64,000 bases of DNA, from the NCBI RefSeq assembly GCF_009834535.1, contig NC_045697.1:5830001-5894000 (forward strand), written 5' to 3'. Under the pieces are notes generated by a model, which did no database searches, was not told where the DNA came from, and was given only the letters and a program-made list of their open reading frames with translations. The translations under genes and the position numbers were made by a program. The first letter of the stretch is position 1. Each line of letters starts with the position of its first letter. Positions 61,796 to 64,000 of the stretch are shown one piece after another. Source of the stretch: Camelus ferus. Lineage: Eukaryota.

Positions 61796-64000
61796 GTGAG
61801 TGGTAGCAGTGGCCCCGCCGCCACATGGGAATGTCTGGGAACCTGCAGAGACCAGGCTGTTCAGAGCTGGAGGGACGGGTTTCAGGGTCCGTCCAGCTCA
61901 ACATCAGTCAGACAATCCTCTGTTGTTGAAAATCTTTCAAAACCTCCCAAGTCTCTCATCCTGCCTCCTTAAGTAGGGTGCCCTGAGCATAATGAAAGGT
62001 TTCTCCCACGACTCAGGGACATGTCAGACCCAAGGGCCATCATTTTGAGCGCCGTTTCTCACGGTCCAGTTTGGTGTGGAAACGAAGGTCTTTGTCTACA
62101 ACCGTGGAAGACGGGTGGTTGTTTCTGTTTGTGTTTTTAATGAAACCTCTGTTACTAATACTTTCTATTAAAAGTGTAGCTTTGAAAAATCCATACAAGG
62201 CTAATGGTATGTTGTGGTTAATTGGTTTTCGTTCATTTGAAGGTTTTATTCAACTCTGCTTGGTTGGCCATTTTCCATCTTTATTTCCCCCTGTTCCTGT
62301 AGCGCTAATCTTTTTATTTTCTTTCAAAGTTCTTTAGCATTTGTGATCTGTCACTTTTCTATTAGGACACTGGGGTTGAGAAAAAGGCAGGGAGGGGAGG
62401 GGTAGAGGAAGGAGCAGTATACTAGAACTGGGTGTCTCGGGTTTGGGTCCTGTTCCCATCACGTACAAGCTGTGTGACCTTTGGAAACCATTCGACCTCT
62501 CTGAGCCTTCCTTTTCTCATTCATAAAGTGAGGGCACCTGAACCATGGACTTTCCACGAGTCCTTCCAGCTTTCGTGTACTGCATCTCTGTACTTTATTC
62601 AATGCCAGGGCAGTCACGGAGAGAACTTTAAACCCGTTTCCTCACCAGTGGGGTGGGAAAGACAACAGCAGGGGTGCACGTGATGTGTCTTCACCAACCC
62701 CAGCTGGCAGCCCGCTCTTGGGATGGCCACTCTCTTGGTATCAAAACCAGTAACAGCAAGGACAAGAATAACAAAAATAGAGTTTTATTAAGCATTTTTT
62801 TGAGTGGCTGGGACATTAAATTCTGCCCCAGTACTCTGAGGTAGGCTACAATGACTGCATCATACAGATGAAGCCATTGAGCCACAAAGTTAAGTAAGTA
62901 ACCCAAGGTTGCACAGTGAGTAGGTGATTGAGCCAGGGTTTGAATCCTAGCAATCTGGCTTCAGAAACCTCTGCGAAAGATGAGATGAGATTAATTTATT
63001 TAAAAAAGGAGTCCATCAGCACTAACATTCTGTTAATCTGAACGTTTTCCTCTGATTTCTTCCCTTATCTTTTGCATCATATTGTACTGGGTCATAAGTG
63101 GCGGGGAACTCCTTAGGAACTGAACATTTTAGTGTTCTGCAAAGGCGCTACCACAGAGCTATTAATGCTGCCACAAAGAGCTTTTGTCTGATTTTGTAAG
63201 TAGTATATGCATATCATATCATAAATTAAAACCACTGTTTTACAAAGTGTAAAGAAACAAACCCACCGTGTCACCTACCCGGGAGTGCAGTCAAGTGCTG
63301 TTAACATCTAGTGATTTTTGGTAGAGAGTTACTTTTTATTCATTTATAGTTGAGATTATACTGCAAATATTCAATGTTTTTTTTTTCTACAACCTACAAT
63401 AAGAAACAGATTTTACACTGCAACCCAAATGCACACATCCCTGCATGTATATGCATGTGTGTATGTCATGAAATAATAATCTTACTATATCAGAGACACT
63501 CTTAAATTTATATTATATTTGATTCTGTTCATTCAATCCCATTTTATTCCATTACAATTCCATTAAAAAATATTGATTGCTTCTCTCTAAGTTGATTTCA
63601 CAACTGAGTTCCAGGTTGTGATGTGCATTTAAAAATACTGGATATAAAATTTGTTCTTATTTTTTTCCCATTGTATTGTAACATGATTCTTTTCTTGTGT
63701 CATTAAAACACAACTTGATTTTAACTTTTAATGGCTGCCTACGATTCTATTGTAAGGGGATATCAAAATTCACTTCACACTTTCTAAACTGTTAAGGTGT
63801 TTTTCTTTCTCAAAAACCCACAACAACAACAAAAAACCAAAAAACAAAACAAAAAAAGCCCCACGCACAACAAAATTTTACCTAATGCTTTGATTATATT
63901 TTTGACTTTTCCCTCAGAATAGATTGGAATCATAGGCCAGAGACTTTATATCATCCTTAAGGTTTTTGTTGTTTATTTCATGATTAATTTACAAAATTTC

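Overview
Mammalian (eukaryotic) genomic DNA, not prokaryotic. It is probably a camelid; this is inferred from tRNA-derived SINEs resembling Vic-1 and the apparent absence of Alu, Bov-tA and PRE1. Three + strand genes lie in the order known from human 4p16.3. (1) The last four coding exons of LYAR (1168-5400). (2) The complete TMEM128 gene: 4 coding exons, 498 nt = 165 aa, with a CpG-island promoter and a probable 3'-UTR intron. (3) Exons 1-4 of the proton channel OTOP1 (37919-61795; the rest of the gene lies beyond the window). Gene calls come from manual translation and recalled orthologous protein sequences; no database search was run. The most notable observation is an apparent frameshift in OTOP1 exon 1 (about 38039-38055, premature TGA at 38105) while exons 2-4 are intact. 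It is either a homopolymer/assembly error or a real null allele, and an in-frame upstream ATG plus donor/acceptor pair could in principle bypass it. Other observations: a ~250-bp near-perfect tandem duplication, an older ~100-bp dispersed duplication, a 252-nt pure pyrimidine tract containing (CTT)23, an antisense solo LTR with intact promoter elements, an ERV-L pol remnant and nested transposons. No evidence for a novel multi-gene system, CRISPR array or RNA gene was found.
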